A program made the position numbers and the translations under genes. The notes beneath the pieces were generated by a model that had not been told where the DNA came from, ran no database searches, and was given only the letters and a program-made list of their open reading frames with translations. Positions 59,257 to 64,000 of a stretch of DNA of 64,000 nucleotides are shown piece by piece (positions within the stretch are counted from its first letter, which is position 1; the number at the start of each line of letters is the position of its first letter). This DNA comes from Eledone cirrhosa. Its lineage: Eukaryota. The stretch is taken from the NCBI GenBank assembly GCA_964016885.1, contig OZ024743.1, forward strand, positions 58,466,001 through 58,530,000, written 5' to 3'.

Positions 59257-59530
59257 ATAAATAAGTAAATTAAATTAAATAAAATAAGATAAATAAATAC
59301 ATACACAAGCACATAAACACACACTAGTCACCCAGCAGACACAACACTATACACACTAGTCACACATCACACATAACACTATACACACACGCAAACGCAT
59401 GCGCAAAGAAGACAAAATAAAATAAGATAAACAAACAAGCAAATAAATAAATAAATATATAGACAGACTGAACACAAAAAAAAAAAATGGCGTAGACATA
59501 CAACACAACAGGAGGAACAATGAATATAAC

Positions 59531-59580
59531 ACCACTGACGATGTTGCAGATGTGCAACGAAAGATTTATGTAAATTATGT
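59531..59580 (+). ncRNA. Hammerhead-like motif in PLE 3' repeat (mirror ~53870-53920 minus)
   Basis: CTGACGA tGTTGCA gatg TGCAAC GAAA gATTTA tg TAAAT TA tg; stem I weak. Confidence 0.6.
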
Positions 59581-59830
59581 AAACTATATATATATGTGTT
59601 TGTCTATATTGTATCTGTATTATTTTTGACCGCCGGTCAGTCAATGGCAACATTGAGGACCGAGTAAGTTAGATCGCAGATATATATATATAAAAGACAG
59701 CGAGAAGCGAAAACCAACCAAACAGTGAGTGTGTTCTGTTATTAATTCTGGCAATATTACGCAAATATGACCCTCCCCAAATATAACAATATCTGTTTCG
59801 ACACACGATTTCATATAAAAAACCTCGCAA

Positions 59831-59869
<39 letters not shown>

Positions 59870-60033
59870 TGTGACATAAATTCCCGCCGTTGTTATAAAA
59901 CTTCTTAATAAAAAAGAGTTAAGGATCTTTTGGGCAACCCACTTCAATGCAAATAGGAAAACTAAAAACAAAACAAAACAATAGTTTTTACATTATACCT
60001 CATATTTTGAGGATAGGAAGTTTTTATTAAATG

Positions 60034-60212
60034 ATTGGCAGTATCGGTAGAGGGTCGGACGCCATGCTTTCTAGCATAGTTACGTCCCTTTACGATCTGA
60101 GTTCAAATCCCGCTGAGGTTGACTTTGCCTTTCATCCTTACGGGGTCGATAAAATAAAATACCAGTAATGCACTGGGTAATTGCTGGCCTTGTGCCTAAA
60201 GTAGAAACAATT
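60034..60212 (+). mobile_element. tRNA-derived SINE (family 1)
   Basis: TGGCAGTATCGG A-box, GAGTTCAAATCC B-box. Confidence 0.82.
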
Positions 60213-60719
60213 AAATGAAGAGAAAATTGGATGGACTTGGTTGTTTTATTCATATATATTTTTAATTTTTTACTTATATTTGCATTTTGGGTTACTTTCA
60301 AATACAATCCGGCACTGAAAAGAATATTGCGCTAATTTTAATGACATTAATCTGACAACACTGCAAGGAACAGTGTTAAACCGATACACGGTGGTTTAAG
60401 TCTACCACCCATGAATGTAGGCAGAGGACGGTAATGCTGGAAGAGAGACACGCAGCTTAAATAAATGCCTTGGTATATAAAAAGTAACAATAGAGGTGTA
60501 CAGCGCTTGTATGGAGTGAGAGGTAGGGGAGGTGTGCAGTAAAAATGCGTAGTTGTGAAAGGTGGACAACAATAGCGAGTTAATAATGGAAAATGAACAT
60601 TAAATGATGATGATATATATTATATTGTCACACTACTTCTTACTTGATATAACAACCTTTTACTTCAGCTATGCCTTAAGCGACATACGTTTTGTGTATA
60701 TATTATACTCGCTCTTTTG

Positions 60720-61225
60720 TTGGTAGTAATGCTGTTTGTGAAGCGGTGATGATGTTGTTGGTAGTGAGGTAGTATCGGTGATGGTGGAGTAGTGATTTCA
60801 TTGTTGGTATAGGGAGTATTGGTGTCGGCATAGTGTTGTTGGTATTGATGGTGTTTTTTTTATTTGTTATTGGTTTTAGTGGCTTTGGTGCTGTTGTTGT
60901 TGGTGGTGATGCTAGTGTGGTGGTGGTACTGTGGTTAGCATTAACATTCGTGTTGTGGTTTTTGGTAGTATTTGCTGGTGTTAGGGGGTTGGTAATATTA
61001 GTTTTGTGGTAGTGGTATTAATAGTAGTTCGGTAGTAGTAGTATTGAGGCATGTGACTTTTGTTAGTGGTGATAGTTTTGTAGTAGTAGCGGTGATAGTA
61101 CTGGAACTGTATAATCAATGCTCGTAGTGGTGGTTTAGATATAATGTTAACAAAAATTGGTAGAATATGGGCTGTATGTATGTTATCGTTAATGATATTA
61201 TTATAAAAGCGGTGACAATGGCACT
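60720..61225. repeat. GT-rich low-complexity region
   Basis: Degenerate GGT/GTT/AGT trinucleotides. Confidence 0.75.
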
Positions 61226-61539
61226 GGTATTGCTGAAATGACATCACATCATTATATTTAACTGTTCGTATTATGCACTATAGCTCATACTATATGCAGT
61301 ACAGTAGGGTTAAGACAAGAACAAGAAAAAGGCATTGCTGAATATCTTCTTCTTCTTCTTCTTCTTATTATTATTATTATTATTATTATTATTCTTCTAG
61401 ACGTGATCCTATTCATTCGGTCATTACCGAAGATTCATAACTATAGGTAATGGTTGCCACAAACCACGAATTCAAGATAGTGATTTTTGCTTTTACACCT
61501 ACCTCCCTCCCGCTTCTGATTACCGAACGCTGAAGCTGG

Positions 61540-61900
61540 CGCATTTCTGCACTAGCTCCTGCAATTCTTGCACTTCCTTCAGCCTCCTACCTTCAATAAG
61601 CCGTGTACACGGCCCCGACATACTTGAACTATTCCACCTGCTTTAGTGAAATTCCTATCACAGGTAGACATGTAGAGCGTGGTCTTCATTGAGAGTACAA
61701 GTGTCTCAGTTACTGCAGCGCTTATTTTCATTCCAGCCATGCAGCACTCGGCCTTAAACCTATCAAGTGCAAGTCGGAGATCACCTTTTGTTAAGTTAAG
61801 TAACATAATCTCGTATGCAAATTCCAGCCAACTGATTTTTCAACCTGCCACTCGTAATACCACTTGCAACCTAGTTGCGTATGTCAATCCTGTTCATGAA
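61540..61900 (-). mobile_element. RTE-like RT fragment
   Basis: LRLALDRFKAECCMAGMKISAAVTETLVL followed by FKY in another frame. Confidence 0.55.
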
Positions 61901-61933
61901 AAAAAGTTTGTTCAATACACACATGTGCATATA

Positions 61934-62019
<86 letters not shown>

Positions 62020-62199
62020 GAAAAGTATAGAAATTATTGTAGCAAGAAGCCAACAGTATTCCATAATATATAAGTGACTATAGCGTCAAAATGGAAAAAT
62101 AGTTAACTAAGATGTGGGAAAATAATTCAAACTCAATTCAAAAAGAATCAGGATATAGATTCATCCACAGAATTTGGTGAAATCCAACTATATATATAT

Positions 62200-62533
62200 A
62201 GTTGTTCTCCGGTATTCGCAGAGGTTACGTTCCCAGAACACCCACGAAGAGTGAAAAACCACGTGGTACATAAATATGGCTATAAATGTCAAAATATAAC
62301 GTAAAACATATGAAAACAGAGGGAGCGACTTAGGCGAAGGGACGTCCATTAGTTTGGCAAATTTAGTATATAATAATTTAGAGTTAAAAAAATATATATA
62401 TTGCAACGAAAAAAGCCATAAAATATCGTGGAAGATATTTACGATTCCGCGAATATGCAGTGGTTTCCACGAACAATTATTAGGTTCTAAGAGAAATTCC
62501 GCGAATGTCAGGACCGCAAATACCAGGGGTACA

Positions 62534-62538
<5 letters not shown>
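62200..62538. mobile_element. pogo/Tigger-like MITE in TA
   Basis: Imperfect TIRs (gttgttctccggtattcgc / gcaaataccaggggtacacc) flanked by TA. Confidence 0.5.
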
Positions 62539-62594
<56 letters not shown>

Positions 62595-62642
62595 TAGTGT
62601 AGGTATATTGTCACCAATTTAGCGGAGAGGTATTTAGAGAGT

Positions 62643-63056
62643 TGTAATATTGCCACGAGGAACCAGGTTTGGTAAAAAGATATGATAGGAATATCGACAA
62701 CGACTTTAGCTTGGTTTTACATTATTTATTAACAGAGGTTGAGCTGGCATGCCAAGAGAAATAAAACAAATCAAATAAGATTACAAGAGAAAATACGGTC
62801 GACTGGTTGAAGCGTTTAGCCAGGCCATAGTAATGTTTTGTCGTTACATATTGTTTGTGCTTACGGAGCAAAAGAACAAGTCGTGTTTACATTAGCACGG
62901 TCTAGCTGGAAGTGATAGCGTCCTCAAGTCTTTGCGGGCTATTTCTCCCTCAGAACGCGTAGGGATACATCCTCTTCTACTGGCGCTGATTGGCTGAGCT
63001 GAGCCAAATCACGCACAGAGAATGTATGTGAGCCCGCGGAATGTAGGTCACTACAT
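62643..63056 (-). mobile_element. Possible LTR
   Basis: Minus strand TGTAG...TTACA termini, purine-rich GGAGGTGA directly upstream, AATAAA ~85 nt before the end; no partner LTR or internal ORF. Confidence 0.3.
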
Positions 63057-63542
63057 CACCTCCGAGCAGATTTTTAGCCGAAAATCGTTAACGATGAAGC
63101 CGAGGACCCACAGATTATTGAATCAGCAAGAACAAATGCTGAAAGAGCACATCAGTGAAAAAATAATTGAGCAGAAAGATGGATGCAAGAAAAAAAAATG
63201 AGGCGCGACGGGCCGTGTTGAGCCGCTGTCAAATGACTAGCTGTTTTGTAGTTTATACATGACCACCAACGGTCTACCAGAAAACAGATAAAGTCTGACA
63301 TGGGCGAAGTTGCTGTTCTTGCATTAAATGTTAATGGTAAGTGTTGTACCAGTAGCTGTGGACGAAGCTATTATAGTAGTTTACCAGTGCTGGCAAGAAG
63401 ATGATGGGTAGGCGAGAAAATGTTGGCCTCCCAGATTATTGCCGAATGTGCTAGGGAGCCAGGAAAAAAATGGCTGGTTGCTTTGAAAAGAAAAAAAAGC
63501 AAGTTGAATCTGTAGGTGGGTTGCAGTTCCATAATTCGGACG

Positions 63543-63914
63543 AATAATAAAATAACAGGAGGCTGGACTGGTGTAATTCCTTAAATGTTTATTATACTAT
63601 GAACATTTCAATGACCGGGTTCAGTATGAACCCAGTGACATGAACAGTTATTGGAAATTTAACAAAGGAATATAATAGATACAATCCATGGGGCTTGAAA
63701 AAGCAAAAGGACGAGAAGGCGGCCAAAAAATTAGCAGTTGCCACTCCGATTAGCCGCCTTCAATTACCTTGGATTGTGTCTATTATATTCCTTTGATAAA
63801 TTTCGAATACCTGATGATGTCACCGATTTCGTACTGAACCTGGTCATTGAAATGTTCATAGAATAATAAACCTTTACGGAATTACACCAGTCCAGTCTCC
63901 TGTTATTTTATAAT
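63543..63914. mobile_element. Inverted-repeat pLTR-like element with HHR-like motif at 63806-63865 (+)
   Basis: Arms ~63543-63629 / 63828-63914; CTGATGA ... GAAA TGTTCA TA gaat. Confidence 0.7.
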
Positions 63915-64000
63915 AATTAACTCCGTACTCGCACACCAACAACACAAACGAAGACGGGTGAATTGCATTACGTCGAGCGCTCTCCTTAATATTACATCAA

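Larger units (their letters stand above)
53660..59830. mobile_element. Young fold-back Penelope-like element (Neptune/Nematis-like): 53660-56045 minus joined head-to-head to 56046-59830 plus
   Basis: 53660-56045 is a near-identical reverse complement of ~57405-59791; (TA)n at both outer ends. Confidence 0.95.

Noticed and set aside
60034-60112. tRNA gene
   Set aside because: A/B boxes belong to a multi-copy SINE head without a complete cloverleaf

Overview
Eukaryotic, AT-rich, gene-poor DNA saturated with (TA)n/(CA)n/(GATA)n microsatellites and retroelements. The SINE types and microsatellite load suggest a cephalopod (Octopus-like) genome; this is inference. No host gene can be supported. 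Contents: two tandem, diverged Tx1/L1-clade LINEs (3641-9262, 9337-15015, minus); Penelope-like elements (PLEs) of Neptune type (18010-20920), Naiad type (20957-24450, 24665-26200, 30637-31995, 38098-41023) and a young ~6 kb fold-back PLE (53660-59830); CR1-like and RTE-like LINE remnants; tRNA-derived SINEs; one pogo/Tigger-like MITE. Main discoveries: (1) about 20 fold-back insertions, mostly embedded in (TA)n. Wherever polarity is readable they are joined 5'-to-5' with 3' ends outward, and they carry about a dozen distinct type I hammerhead ribozyme (HHR) motifs, including U3-A8 core variants in two unrelated families and one HHR with a 93-nt stem II insertion. (2) A 431-nt tandem HHR repeat resembling a circRNA-forming retrozyme. 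(3) In both Tx1 copies the ORF1 stop codon sits inside a consensus splice donor, and splicing to the next AG would fuse ORF1 in frame to ORF2. Most ORF-track entries are microsatellite artefacts.
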